Shown here: positions 45,131 through 56,039 of the stretch, one piece after another
Layout: each line of letters begins with the position of its first letter
Numbering within the stretch: the first letter of the stretch is position 1
Source of the DNA: a virus
Lineage: Duplodnaviria > Heunggongvirae > Uroviricota > Caudoviricetes
DNA length: 64,000 nt
Direction: 5' to 3' (one strand)
Virus record (IMG/VR): IMGVR_UViG_3300029610_000357
Coordinates: 52,285 to 116,284 of that record
Notes under the pieces: generated by a model
Databases searched by the model: none
The model's input: only the letters and a program-made list of their open reading frames with translations
What the model was told of the DNA's origin: nothing
Made by a program: the position numbers and the translations under genes

Positions 45131-45472
45131 ATGTGCATGAGGGGAGATATTTATTGTGTTGAATTAAAGAGTTATGAAAAACACGTACAAAAAGGAAAGC
45201 GACCAGTATTGGTCATAAGTAATAACAAAAACAACTTTAATAGTCCAGTAGTTACCGTGGTGCCTTTTACATCTGTAACAAAGAAAATGGATTTGGATAC
45301 ACATGTAGTTATTTATAAGAGCTTTGGATTACGATTGGATTCTATGGCTCTTGGTGAACAGATTATGCCTATCGATAAAAGCAGGCTTACAGAAGATAAT
45401 TTGATAGGTCACATAGACGACAAAAGGCTTTTAGAGAAAATAAAAGAAGCATGTATTTGCCAGATTTCATAG
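45131..45472 (+). CDS. mazF: PemK/MazF-family toxin (endoribonuclease)
   Basis: RGDIYCVEL...KRPVLVISNN..N....VVTVVPFTS. Confidence 0.8.
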   Translation: MCMRGDIYCVELKSYEKHVQKGKRPVLVISNNKNNFNSPVVTVVPFTSVTKKMDLDTHVVIYKSFGLRLDSMALGEQIMPIDKSRLTEDNLIGHIDDKRLLEKIKEACICQIS

Positions 45473-45528
45473 AATCATTATAAATTATATGGTAAGATAA
45501 GAAAAGATATATAGAAAGTTGGTGGAAC

Positions 45529-46323
45529 ATGATTATTACAGAGACCAATAATGAAACAATTGTAGAAAATTTGAAAAAGCTTCTTGAATACAGGGTTGGG
45601 TTGACAAAGTATTTAAGAAAAATAGTTAGTAATTTTGATATAGACTTGGTTAGATTGTCACAAATTGTATCAGGTCAGGTTAAGCTAAATGAAATAACAT
45701 TATATGAATATTATGCAATTTGTTGGGGATTCATAGCTTTTAATAAAGAAAGACATAACTTTTTTAAGACTATTGATCTAAAAGAAGCGACTATTGATTT
45801 AAGTTCAAAAACAATAAAGATTTCTCACCATGTAGAAAAGAATAGAATATTAGAGGTTGTGCCTCAAAAGTATTACACAATCAGATCTTCTATTAAAGAA
45901 TTAAATATGTTGACTCATAATGGACTGATAAAAGAAACAGATGTTATAAAACAAACATTGATATCTCATGATGGTAGATCAGGGTCTTTAGGTTATGGAA
46001 GCAAACGTAGCATAGATGAAATCAGGAATATGATACTAAAGGGAACATATTGGAGTGTTCCAATCACCATAGGCACAATTAAGAATGACATCAAAATAGA
46101 AAATGGTGATTTGGTAATTGCCGGAACCTATGAAATAATAGATGGATACCATACTTTCATGGCATTTAAGGGAATCAGCGAAGAAAAGGATTTTCCAGTA
46201 ATATTAAATGTAGTAAAGCTAGAAGATCAGAATGAAATGGAAAGCATCATTCTTCAAATGGATCATAAAAATACTGTTTGGAAAAATAGTTATGCAAAGA
46301 AAGGGGATTCCTATGGAGAATAA
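45529..46323 (+). CDS. ParB/DGQHR-like domain protein with N-terminal HTH-like region
   Basis: YEIIDGYHTFMAF resembles the DGxHR core. Weak call. Confidence 0.35.
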   Translation: MIITETNNETIVENLKKLLEYRVGLTKYLRKIVSNFDIDLVRLSQIVSGQVKLNEITLYEYYAICWGFIAFNKERHNFFKTIDLKEATIDLSSKTIKISHHVEKNRILEVVPQKYYTIRSSIKELNMLTHNGLIKETDVIKQTLISHDGRSGSLGYGSKRSIDEIRNMILKGTYWSVPITIGTIKNDIKIENGDLVIAGTYEIIDGYHTFMAFKGISEEKDFPVILNVVKLEDQNEMESIILQMDHKNTVWKNSYAKKGDSYGE

Positions 46324-47179
46324 GACTTTTATTGATCAGATGGGAGAGAATGGATACACAATTAATGATGTAACATTCTTTTTAGATATGGTTAAATTAT
46401 ACGAAGAACATTACCAGATGTCTATTGCAGAGTTTGATATAAATAAAATCAACAGTATGCTTAATATTTTAAGTCCTAAAAATTCATTAGAAATCAATGG
46501 TCTAAAAGGCTTGTTGGAGTGCTATTTTAAATATCTAAACGCAAGTATGAAATTCAATCCAAAGGATATAAAGATTCAAATTCCTTACTATCTTATGTGT
46601 GAAGATAAAATACAAAGCGAAGAAGAGATTTTAAGCCAGATTCGCAAGTTGGATAATCCAATAGATAAAGTTATCTTGGCATGTCCTTATTATGGGATAG
46701 GTGGGACAGGTATGAGTGAGCTTTTAGGAATAATGAGCTATGATATGGACTATGAAAATAATCAGGTTGCTGTGTATAAACAAAAAATTGATCCAAACAA
46801 AAGAGTGGTTATTGATTTACCAAAGGAAACAATTTTATGGATGAAAGAGGCTATAGAATGTGTTGAATGTAATGGAGAAATGTTTATACAAGATGATCAT
46901 CTCATTAAGAAAAGAGCTACAAGCAAAGGAGATGATCGAAAAAAATGGGTTGATCAAAGAATGAAGCGAATCAATGAAGAGTTAGGCACTCAGTATTCAT
47001 TTGCGTTATTGAGGAGAACAGGATTGATCAATTCTTTTAGAGCTGCGGCAGAACAATATCATATCAACTTGGATGCGATACTTAATTCAGAAATTGGTGT
47101 GAAGATTATGACACAATACTCGTATCAGACTCGAAGAAAGGCAGTGTTGTTAAATAAATACAAAGAATATGTTGATTAA
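46313..47179 (+). CDS. hypothetical protein
   Basis: ATG 46313 preferred over the track start. Confidence 0.5.
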   Translation: MENKTFIDQMGENGYTINDVTFFLDMVKLYEEHYQMSIAEFDINKINSMLNILSPKNSLEINGLKGLLECYFKYLNASMKFNPKDIKIQIPYYLMCEDKIQSEEEILSQIRKLDNPIDKVILACPYYGIGGTGMSELLGIMSYDMDYENNQVAVYKQKIDPNKRVVIDLPKETILWMKEAIECVECNGEMFIQDDHLIKKRATSKGDDRKKWVDQRMKRINEELGTQYSFALLRRTGLINSFRAAAEQYHINLDAILNSEIGVKIMTQYSYQTRRKAVLLNKYKEYVD

Positions 47180-47182
47180 CTT

Positions 47183-47214
47183 GGAAGTGGTAAATATTAC
47201 CACTTCCTTTTTTT
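47183..47214 (+). terminator. rho-independent terminator
   Basis: GGAAGTGGTAA-at-TTACCACTTCC followed by TTTTTTT. Confidence 0.9.
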
Positions 47215-47291
47215 ATGCAAAATGCTTCACAATATGAATGGAACATGGTAATATATAAAAAGAACATACGTTCGATAGGAGGTGCTACGAT

Positions 47292-47672
47292 ATGAAAGAA
47301 GCAAAAATAAACATCAGAGTGGTAACAGAAGAGGGGGACTACATTGTCGCTGGAAATGTTAGCACAGATTTTAAATTAGCTGCACAAATAAAACGATTAT
47401 ATAATGAAGTTTTATCTGAAAGCGAATTGGTCAAAGTTAAATATAAAAGTGAGGATGATAGTGTTCTAGTTGAACAGGATTATTATTATCCAACTATTAA
47501 TATAGAAGAGAACATTGTAAGTATATTTGATTCAAGAGGCGGAAAAGATATGTCAATCCAATTGCCCGCAATAACAGATATGATTTTTAAAGAAGGAAAT
47601 GGGCGTTTTGATTATACTATAACATTAAAATTACATAGTGGTAAGATTATTTTTAGTGGAATTTTAGAATAG
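47292..47672 (+). CDS. hypothetical protein
   Basis: ORF track; GGAGG RBS. Confidence 0.6.
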   Translation: MKEAKINIRVVTEEGDYIVAGNVSTDFKLAAQIKRLYNEVLSESELVKVKYKSEDDSVLVEQDYYYPTINIEENIVSIFDSRGGKDMSIQLPAITDMIFKEGNGRFDYTITLKLHSGKIIFSGILE

Positions 47673-47682
47673 TCGAGCAGAC

Positions 47683-47772
47683 TTCCCACATTAATTGAAG
47701 CTGAATATCGTAGGCACAGCCTAGTGTTTTATGGGGGTAGTAAAATACTCATATATGCATAGAAGGATAAGG
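47683..47772 (+). ncRNA. conserved structured element, copy 3 of 3
   Basis: CCCACATTAATTGAAGCTGAATATCGTAGG-cacag-CCTAGTGTTTTATGGGGGTAGTAAAATACTCATATATGCATAGAAGGATAAGG. Followed by hairpin AGCAGTCATGAA-ttgt-TCATGGCTGCT plus T-run (47781-47812). Confidence 0.45.
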
Positions 47773-47938
47773 CAACAACAAGCAGTCATGAATTGTTCAT
47801 GGCTGCTTTTGTTATATAAAAATTTATTTTAAAGAAAGGAGACAAAAGAAATGAAAAGGAACAAAGCAAGAGGTTCAGTCCCAATTGGAGACTAAGCAGA
47901 AGGAAATTCTTAATGGTAACCAATCGGGGATTGGAACA

Positions 47939-48136
47939 ATGATGGATAGCACAAGAGTAATTAAACCAAGTGTAAATTATCGATACAAAAAGAAATGGCA
48001 GTGCAAAAAATGTGGTCATATCTTTAGAGCTGGAGAAGCTCATAAAAAGTATCGTAATTATGCAGGTATTCAATTATTTGATATGTGCTGCCCAGAGTGC
48101 GAATCAAATAATTTGTACTCAATGATTCATAACTAA
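47939..48136 (+). CDS. zinc-ribbon protein
   Basis: CKKCGHIF...CCPECES. Confidence 0.5.
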   Translation: MMDSTRVIKPSVNYRYKKKWQCKKCGHIFRAGEAHKKYRNYAGIQLFDMCCPECESNNLYSMIHN

Positions 48137-48167
48137 AAACTATTTAAGAAACAAGGAGAAAAAATTA

Positions 48168-49079
48168 ATGGAACAAACAACAATCTTTTTAAGTCAGGCA
48201 ACAGCAAAAGCTTACACAGAAGGAATTCTATCTGAAATCAAACTTGAAATTGTGAAAGATGAGAAAGATGGAGGAAATAAAGTAGAAGGATACATCACAA
48301 TTAAGACAGATGATATCAATTATACTACTTACAATATTACTGCAAAAGCTACAACAAAAGCAGGTAAGCCAAGTAAATCTTATGAAAATCTGGTTGCATT
48401 TATGGAAAGAGCTCACTCTATCGCTGAAGTTGGAGAAGAGGAAGCTACAAAAGTAAGAGTTAATGGACAGGTAAATCCATGGACATCTTTTAACCAGATG
48501 GGTGCAAAAACTCATAAAGTAGGATACAAAACGGGATTTGTTTCAATTATCTCAGAACTAAAAGATCCACGTAGCACATTTGAAGTTGAGTGTTTCGTTC
48601 AGAGTGTTGATGATGAGTTTGATAAAGAAACTCAGGTTCCAACAGGAAGAGCAATTTTACATACGTTATTACCTATTTACAACAATGGAATTGAGCCATT
48701 AGATATTGTGGTACCTCAGGAATATGCAATGGCTTGTAAGCAGCTGTTTACTCAGCCAGGATGTCAGAGTGCCCATATTATGGGGAATATTGGCAATACA
48801 AAAGAAGAAAAGAAAACTACAGTTGAATATCAGATTGGAGGAGCTGTAACAAAAACTCAGACAAAAAATGTTAATGAGCTTATCTTAACACATGCGGGAA
48901 CAATGGAACAGCAGTATGAGTTGGAAACAATCCAGAGAGCAATTGCTGAATATGATCTTGTCCTTGAATCCAAAAAGAAACGTGCAATGGAAAGCAATAA
49001 AGCAGGTGGCAATAAGACTGTTGGTGGAACAACAATTGGTGCTAGTGCAGCCGCTGGACATAGAAACTTTGGATTTTAG
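48168..49079 (+). CDS. hypothetical protein, possibly ssDNA-binding partner of the downstream ATPase
   Basis: Position only, upstream of the Sak4-like ATPase. No motif recognised. Confidence 0.5.
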   Translation: MEQTTIFLSQATAKAYTEGILSEIKLEIVKDEKDGGNKVEGYITIKTDDINYTTYNITAKATTKAGKPSKSYENLVAFMERAHSIAEVGEEEATKVRVNGQVNPWTSFNQMGAKTHKVGYKTGFVSIISELKDPRSTFEVECFVQSVDDEFDKETQVPTGRAILHTLLPIYNNGIEPLDIVVPQEYAMACKQLFTQPGCQSAHIMGNIGNTKEEKKTTVEYQIGGAVTKTQTKNVNELILTHAGTMEQQYELETIQRAIAEYDLVLESKKKRAMESNKAGGNKTVGGTTIGASAAAGHRNFGF

Positions 49080-49098
49080 TCAGTAGGAGGATAAGTGA

Positions 49099-50091
49099 AT
49101 GCAGATTTTAGATATTTTTAACCCACAGGTAAGTCAGGTAGCTCATGGTTTAGAAGGAAAAATTATTATGCTTTATGGTGGTAACTCAACTGGTAAAACA
49201 TATCAGTCAGTTAGGATGGACAAACCATTTGTACTGGCGTGTGAATCTGGATTGAATGCTCAGAATGGAGTACCCTATGCAAACATTCATACATGGGCAG
49301 ATTTCTTGAATGTTATCAATCAGCTGACAAACCCAACAACAATTGATAAAGCAAAAGAATTATACTCAACCATTATTATAGATGAAGTTTATGCATCAGC
49401 TCAGTTCTGTCAGACTTACATCTGTAATAAACACAACTCTCCAAGCATTGGAGAAGGAAATGGTGGGTATGGGCTTTGGCAGTACTATGAAACTGAGTAC
49501 TGGAAAGCAGTAAACTCAATTGTATCTTCTGGTTACACAGTAGTATTCATTGCTCATGCATCTGAAAATAAAGATGGAAAGATTATTCCTAAAGGAGATA
49601 AGAGATCTATCACACCAATCATGGATAACTGTGATATTATCGCTTTCTTAAACTCCAATGGAGTAGATGAACATGGTAAAGTTGTTCATTCTTCTGCTTA
49701 CTTTGCAGAGACAGATGCTTACTTTGCAAGAAGCAGATTTGATTACATTGTGCCTTACATTGAAGATTTTACAGCTGAAAATCTAAGCAAAGCTATTCAA
49801 GATGCGATTGAAGCTCAGGAAGAAGCTGAAGGATTCGAAAGTGTATCATATGAAGTTCAGACACAGAATAAAACAATTGATAAGATTCCTTTTGATAAAT
49901 TAAAAGAAGATGTAGTTGCTTTAGGAATGAATTTCTGTGAGGCGGGTCATCAAGAACGTCTACAGGAATTAATTGCTGATTGTCTAGGTGAAGGAAATTC
50001 AGTACAGGAAGCGACAGAGAGACAGTATGAATCATTAGAAATCTTACTGGCTAAATTAGAAGAACAGAAACAGAAGTTAGGTGTAGCTTAG
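49099..50091 (+). CDS. RecA-like NTPase (Sak4/AAA_24-type recombination ATPase)
   Basis: Walker A YGGNSTGKT, Walker B TIIIDEVY. Confidence 0.65.
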   Translation: MQILDIFNPQVSQVAHGLEGKIIMLYGGNSTGKTYQSVRMDKPFVLACESGLNAQNGVPYANIHTWADFLNVINQLTNPTTIDKAKELYSTIIIDEVYASAQFCQTYICNKHNSPSIGEGNGGYGLWQYYETEYWKAVNSIVSSGYTVVFIAHASENKDGKIIPKGDKRSITPIMDNCDIIAFLNSNGVDEHGKVVHSSAYFAETDAYFARSRFDYIVPYIEDFTAENLSKAIQDAIEAQEEAEGFESVSYEVQTQNKTIDKIPFDKLKEDVVALGMNFCEAGHQERLQELIADCLGEGNSVQEATERQYESLEILLAKLEEQKQKLGVA

Positions 50092-50107
50092 GCTACGCTT
50101 TTTTAGT

Positions 50108-50710
50108 TTGGAGGCAAATAGCTTGAGTAAAAGGAAATGTGTTATTTGCTCTAACTGGATAGAAAAAGGAGATGAGACGGTTCCTTATAAGAATCGTCTC
50201 GCCCATGTCCAGTGCTTTAATTCGATGATGAAAATGGCTGTAAAAAGCAATTCTGAGAAGAAAGCAGCTAAGAGTAAAAAGACTAAGAAAATTAATCCTA
50301 AGTCTACGGTCTTGGGAGATTGTTTGACAGAAGAAGAAAGCAAGCAAAAAAGATCCTTGATCAGTTATATTGAAGAGCTGTTTGGTGAAAAAGCAAACGC
50401 TAAGACATATACACAGATCAAAAATCTTATGAGAGATTATCCCTATTTTACTTATGTGGGATTGGAACAATCGATAAGGTTTTTCTATGAGATTAAAGAG
50501 AATCCGATCACTAATCAAGGTTTGGGAATAGTTCCCTATGTCTATGATCAGGCTCAGGAATACTTTAAGAATCTCGGCGAAGTACAGTCCCACAATGCTT
50601 CCATATCAAATGTAAATGAGTTATACACTCATAAAAAAGTGAGAATAGCACCACCTAAGATAGTGGAAGAAGAAAGTATAGAAAGAACTGGAGGTGGTTA
50701 CGATTGGTAG
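50108..50710 (+). CDS. hypothetical zinc-ribbon protein (possible helicase loader); start uncertain
   Basis: CVICSNW..HVQC; position upstream of the helicase. Confidence 0.45.
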   Translation: MEANSLSKRKCVICSNWIEKGDETVPYKNRLAHVQCFNSMMKMAVKSNSEKKAAKSKKTKKINPKSTVLGDCLTEEESKQKRSLISYIEELFGEKANAKTYTQIKNLMRDYPYFTYVGLEQSIRFFYEIKENPITNQGLGIVPYVYDQAQEYFKNLGEVQSHNASISNVNELYTHKKVRIAPPKIVEEESIERTGGGYDW

Positions 50711-52302
50711 GATTAATTAATAAGCGAGCCATTGTACAGGTGTTAGGCTGCTTATTAAATAAACCAGACCTGTTAGATACCTATTATATAGAAGAAATAG
50801 ATGTTGACGAAGACTTTTATGTGTATATTTTGAATACAATTAAAGTTTTACATAAGCAAAATGTACCAGTGATTGATGCATTTGCAATTGATTCTTATCT
50901 ATCGTCTTATGATGCTCAGTATAAGATCTTTTCGATGAATAATGGTGTGGATTACATAGAGAACGCTAAGAAAATAGCTGTTCTTGAGAACTTTGAGTAC
51001 AACTACAAGACTCTTAAGAAGTTCACATTATTGAGATATTACGACTATAAGGGAACTGATATTAAATTCATTTATGATCCAACAAAGTTGAATCCTGAGG
51101 ATCAGGAGAGAGAGACAAGGAAATTAGATGAATATACAGTAGATGAGATTATCGAGCTTGTTGAGCTGGAAATGGTTACAAAGCCTAAGTTACATTTTAA
51201 TACAGTTCAATCAGAACAGGGACAGTTAGCTGGATCTGGACTGAAAGAATTAAAAGAGAAATGGAAACAAGAGCCAGAGTTCGGTATTTCATTACAAAGT
51301 CCAACAATGAACACAATTGCCAGAGGAGCTCGATTGAAAAAGTTTTATTTGAGATCAGGTGGAACAGCCTCAGGTAAAACAAGAATGGCTGTTGGAGATG
51401 TTTGTACGTATTCTGTACCATGGTTTTATGATACTTTCGAGTGCGAATGGAAATTTACAGGTTTCTCAGAGCCAGCTTTGTTTATCTCAACAGAATTAGA
51501 GGCAGATGAGATTCAGAGTATGATCATAGCTTTTGTAAGTGGTGTAAACGAATCTAAAATCTTGGATGGTAAATATTCAGGAGATGAAGAAGAACGTGTA
51601 GATAAAGCTATTCAGTTTATTGAGAGCGCCCCTTTATATATTGAACACATTGATGATTTTGATATTAATGATATTGAGAATCTAATCAAGAGATATAAAA
51701 AAGAAAAGGGTGTGCTGTATGTAAGCTTTGACTACATTCATACATCAGTAAAGTTGATCATGCAAATTGCCAGTATGTCAAAGGGAATGAAATTACAAGA
51801 ACATCAGATCTTATATATGTTTGCTATAAAACTAAAAGAACTCTGCAATAAGTTAGGAGTACATATTGATTCAAGTACACAGCTTAATGGAGAGTATAAA
51901 AATGCAAGAGATAAGGATGAGACTCTCTTGCGAGGCGCAAAAAGTATAGCAGATAAGATAGATATAGGTATTATATCAATGCCTCCGACAAGAGAGGAAC
52001 TCAAAGCAGTAGAACCGATCTTAGAAGACAGAGGCGTAACGATGAATCCAAACTTAATTTACCATATATATAAGGTAAGAAGAGGAAAGATTTCACGAGT
52101 TCGATTGTGGCTTCATGCAGATCTAGGTACATGTAGATCATATGATCTGTTTGTAACAAACAATGACAATGAGCTTATACCAGTCGAACAAATAACAATT
52201 GAAAATGTAGAACAGATTCTTGAAGATAACTCAGTAGAGCATGACGACATTCCATTAAATGAAGAAGAACACGATGAAGCTATTAAGCAGTTTTTCTTTT
52301 AG
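50704..52302 (+). CDS. dnaB: DnaB-like replicative helicase
   Basis: Walker A GGTASGKT, RecA-like core, DnaB-type N-terminal domain. TTG start after GGAGGTGG. Confidence 0.75.
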   Translation: MVGLINKRAIVQVLGCLLNKPDLLDTYYIEEIDVDEDFYVYILNTIKVLHKQNVPVIDAFAIDSYLSSYDAQYKIFSMNNGVDYIENAKKIAVLENFEYNYKTLKKFTLLRYYDYKGTDIKFIYDPTKLNPEDQERETRKLDEYTVDEIIELVELEMVTKPKLHFNTVQSEQGQLAGSGLKELKEKWKQEPEFGISLQSPTMNTIARGARLKKFYLRSGGTASGKTRMAVGDVCTYSVPWFYDTFECEWKFTGFSEPALFISTELEADEIQSMIIAFVSGVNESKILDGKYSGDEEERVDKAIQFIESAPLYIEHIDDFDINDIENLIKRYKKEKGVLYVSFDYIHTSVKLIMQIASMSKGMKLQEHQILYMFAIKLKELCNKLGVHIDSSTQLNGEYKNARDKDETLLRGAKSIADKIDIGIISMPPTREELKAVEPILEDRGVTMNPNLIYHIYKVRRGKISRVRLWLHADLGTCRSYDLFVTNNDNELIPVEQITIENVEQILEDNSVEHDDIPLNEEEHDEAIKQFFF

Positions 52303-52314
52303 GAGGTGTTTAAA

Positions 52315-53421
52315 ATGCAGAGTTTAGATAAGGATTTGATCAAGGAGAGCTTAACTCTTGATGATATTAGAGTAATCCTAAGGGATTTAGGATCGGAAGA
52401 ACCGATCTTAGATGATAAAGGGAATTTAATTGCTCAGACAATATGTCATCATGGAAGCAAATTTAAGCTGTATTATTATCCAGATTCTCGAATGTTTCAT
52501 TGCTACACAGATTGTGGTGACTCATTTGACATTTATGAACTGGTAATTAGAAGCAAAAGAAGTGTAGGTATTACAATATCTTTTCCTCAAGCAGTGAGAT
52601 ACGTAGCAAATATATCTAATTTATTATTGTTTGAGAATGATGAGTTGGAACAATTCAAGGAACAGAAAATAGATGATTGGGGCTGGTTATCTAAGTTTAC
52701 TCAGAAAGAAAAGAAATTTAGAAATCCAGGAGCAATCAGTGAGAATATACTTGAAATGTTTTGTTACAGACCTCATGAATTATGGATTAAAGACAATATT
52801 AGTCCAGAATCCATGAAGAAATTTGAAATTAGCTATTGGGGCAAAGAGAATAAAATAATCATTCCTCATAGAGATATTTGTGGAAATCTAATAGGTATCA
52901 GAGGAAGAAACTTAAATGAAGAAGAATTAGCAGCTGGACGAAAATATATGCCAATTACAGTGGAAGGAAAGACTTTGAAGCATAATTTGGGAGATACATT
53001 ATATGGATTGTATCAAAACAAAGATGCGATTGTTCGGTCTGGAAGATTGTTTTTGGTTGAAAGTGAAAAGTCTGTGTTGCAAATTGAAACAATGTATCCA
53101 GATTATAATTATGCATTGGCGGTATGTGGATCAAATCTGACAGATCATCAATGTGAGATTATAAAAAGCTTAGGTGTTGATCGATGTTATATTGCTTTTG
53201 ATAAGGAATATATCGATCACAAAAGCAAAAGAGCATTGCTGTACTATGAAAAATTGTGCAAGCTTGCTGAGAAACTAAATCCATATATGTCAGTTTACCT
53301 GATTATGGATCGACAGAATTTACTTCAAGAAAAAGATAGTCCTTCTGATAGAGGGAAAGAAATCTTTGAAAAGCTCTTAGATGATAAGATTGAAGTAAAG
53401 CCAAAAGAGAGAAAGGAGTAA
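52315..53421 (+). CDS. dnaG: DNA primase (CHC2 zinc finger plus TOPRIM)
   Basis: CHHGSKFKLYYYPDSRMFHCYTDCG; TOPRIM LVESEKSVL..VCGSN..FDKE. Confidence 0.85.
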   Translation: MQSLDKDLIKESLTLDDIRVILRDLGSEEPILDDKGNLIAQTICHHGSKFKLYYYPDSRMFHCYTDCGDSFDIYELVIRSKRSVGITISFPQAVRYVANISNLLLFENDELEQFKEQKIDDWGWLSKFTQKEKKFRNPGAISENILEMFCYRPHELWIKDNISPESMKKFEISYWGKENKIIIPHRDICGNLIGIRGRNLNEEELAAGRKYMPITVEGKTLKHNLGDTLYGLYQNKDAIVRSGRLFLVESEKSVLQIETMYPDYNYALAVCGSNLTDHQCEIIKSLGVDRCYIAFDKEYIDHKSKRALLYYEKLCKLAEKLNPYMSVYLIMDRQNLLQEKDSPSDRGKEIFEKLLDDKIEVKPKERKE

Positions 53422-53423
53422 CC

Positions 53424-53639
53424 ATGAGAAGATTAGCATTTCTTGATTATGGTACAAAGGTAGTAGATACAGTTACTGGTTATTGCGGTATTGTGACTGC
53501 TGCTGCGCATTATTACGACAAGTGCCCGAATCGGTATTACATTGAAGGTATCGACAGTACAGGGAGACCTTGTGGAGATTGGTTTGATGCAGAAAGATTA
53601 GAAGTAGAAGAGGAAGTAAACAATGATAGTCCAAAATGA
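53424..53639 (+). CDS. hypothetical protein (71 aa)
   Basis: ORF track. Confidence 0.5.
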   Translation: MRRLAFLDYGTKVVDTVTGYCGIVTAAAHYYDKCPNRYYIEGIDSTGRPCGDWFDAERLEVEEEVNNDSPK

Positions 53640-54621
53640 TTTAATTGAATTGATCAAAGACTCTGTAGTGAATATGACCAAAGATGAGGCAAAAGAGTCT
53701 GGGCTACCGCAGTTCAGTTATTCCAAACTTGATGTATTACACCAATGTAACAGAAGATATAAACTGAAATACGTAGACAAAAACTATTCAAAAAGTTCAA
53801 CAATTCCTTTGGAATTTGGTAGTTTATTACATAGAGTTTTAGAAGAAAAAGGAAATATGATTCTCTCTGGGGAAGAAGTTGATTATGGAAAGCTTAGAGA
53901 GATGCTTAATGATGGGGTTCCAGATGAAGAACTCCTTGGAGTTAAGGGTCTTGCAGGTAAATATTTAATGGACTTCTATGAGGGAGATAATGCAACTGGA
54001 AGGAACTATCCTGAAAAGGCATACTTGTTTGAGACACAGGTATTGCTAAGTAGAATGGAATCAGAAGAATGGCATCCGATTTGTACGGAACAGCCATTCT
54101 TTTTTAGTTTCGATGGGAAAATCGTTTTACATGGATTCATTGATAGAGTGGATCAGGATGCAGACGGGAATCTAAAAGTTATTGATTATAAGACATCCAA
54201 GAAGGTGTTTTCAGAAGACAAATTGAAGACTCCATTACAGATGTTTATATATGATCTGGCCTGTTATGCATTGTTTGGTAAGATTCCAGTTGCTCACGAG
54301 TATGACTTTATTTGTATTGATCAACAGGTAACAGAAGAAGATGGTGTGTGTACAAAAGGCTATTTCAAGAGAGGACTTAAGAAATTGAGAAACCTTCTTG
54401 AACATGAGGAACAGATTACAAAAGATAATGATTTTGCTCCAAATGCAACTCCATTATGTTACTGGTGTGATTTTGCAGGTCATACACCGAACGCTGATCC
54501 GACATTGAAAGGTATGTGTCCTTATTATTCTTTATGGACACCCACCCAGAAGACGTTTAAGGTTAATGCTCGGTATGAAGAGAAGCAAGATATTAGTTCA
54601 AATAGAAAGTTTATTTTCTAG
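53623..54621 (+). CDS. PD-(D/E)xK nuclease, Cas4/RecB-like with C-terminal Cys cluster
   Basis: GFIDRVD...VIDYKTSK; CYWCDF...CPYY. Confidence 0.8.
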   Translation: MIVQNDLIELIKDSVVNMTKDEAKESGLPQFSYSKLDVLHQCNRRYKLKYVDKNYSKSSTIPLEFGSLLHRVLEEKGNMILSGEEVDYGKLREMLNDGVPDEELLGVKGLAGKYLMDFYEGDNATGRNYPEKAYLFETQVLLSRMESEEWHPICTEQPFFFSFDGKIVLHGFIDRVDQDADGNLKVIDYKTSKKVFSEDKLKTPLQMFIYDLACYALFGKIPVAHEYDFICIDQQVTEEDGVCTKGYFKRGLKKLRNLLEHEEQITKDNDFAPNATPLCYWCDFAGHTPNADPTLKGMCPYYSLWTPTQKTFKVNARYEEKQDISSNRKFIF

Positions 54622-54629
54622 GAGATAGC

Positions 54630-56039
54630 ATGACAGATTTAGAATTTTATTCATTACACAATCATACTGAATATTCAAATATAAGGTTAATTGATTGTAT
54701 CAATAAGATTCCTATGTTAATCAAAAGAGCGGTTAAATTGGGCATGAAAGGAATTGCGATCACTGATCATGAAACATTAAGTGGTCATATTCAGGCAATG
54801 ATTTATGTCCGTGATGAGAAAAAGAAAGGTAACATTCCCAAGGATTTTAAATTGATTCTTGGGAATGAAATCTATCTAGTCAATGGAACCGCAGATTACA
54901 TAAAGGAAAATTTTAAAGCTGGAGATGGGAAGTTGTTTTATCATTACATTCTTTTAGCAAAGGATGAAATTGGTCATAGACAGCTTAGAGAATTGAGTTC
55001 AAATGCATGGGACAGATCTTTTCAAACAGGAAAAATGACAAGAGTTCCAACTGAGAAATCAGACCTTGAGAAGATCATAAGAAAAGAACCGGGTCATTTG
55101 ATTGCATCGACAGCTTGCTTAGGCGGAGAGCTTCCTACTTTGATTATGCAGATGGAAGAAGCTCAAAGTGAACTGGAAGTATATGAAGCCAAATGTAAAA
55201 TTGATGATTTCGTTCGATGGAACATTGATTTGTTTGGTGAAGATTTCTTTTTTGAAATGCAACCGGGAGCATCTGAAGAACAAGAAAAGGTTAATAAATG
55301 GTTACTTAAATTGTCAAAAGTTTATGGTGTTAAGTGTATCATAACAACCGATTCACATTATTTATCTAAGAATTCTCAGATGATTCATAAAGCGTATTTG
55401 CAAAGTAAAGAGGAAGAAAGAGAAGTAGATGATTTCTATCAGACTACATATTTAATGGAAATTCCAGAAATGTACGATTACATGAAGTACTTTGACGAAG
55501 AAACTATAGCAGAAGCTATCAACAATACAGCGATCATTGGAAACAAGATTAAAGAGTATTCATTAAGTTGTTCTACGATCGTCCCTGAAGCAGAAGTACC
55601 AAAATTTGAAGTAGAAAATTATTTTGAAAAATATTATCAGAGATTTACAACACTGCAGGAATACGCAAATAGCAGCAACATCTATGACAGATATCTGTTG
55701 TACTTAATTGAAAAGGGATATCAGAAGAAAGAAATTCATGCAAAAGTTCGCAGGAATGACTTTACCGAAGAGCAAAAAGTGGAACGAATAGCTATTGAAT
55801 TACAAGAGATGGCATTGGTTACAGAGAAGATTAAGTCAAGTATTTCTTCCTATTATATATCAACCTTAGAACTAATCAATATCATGTGGAAAGAGGGAGA
55901 TAGCTTGGTAGGGGTAGCCAGAGGATCAGTTACTGGTATGTATACAATGTATTTAATTGATTTAATACAAATGAATCCTTTAGATTGGGGATTGCCTCAT
56001 TGGAGACATATTTCCCATGAGAAAGCAGAGTTATCGGAT
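54630..56039 (+). CDS. dnaE: DNA polymerase III alpha (DnaE-like), exon 1 (PHP domain)
   Basis: FYSLHNHTEYS..., ITDHETLSG. The exon ends ...HEKAELSD; the track ORF continues into the intron and stops. Confidence 0.85.
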
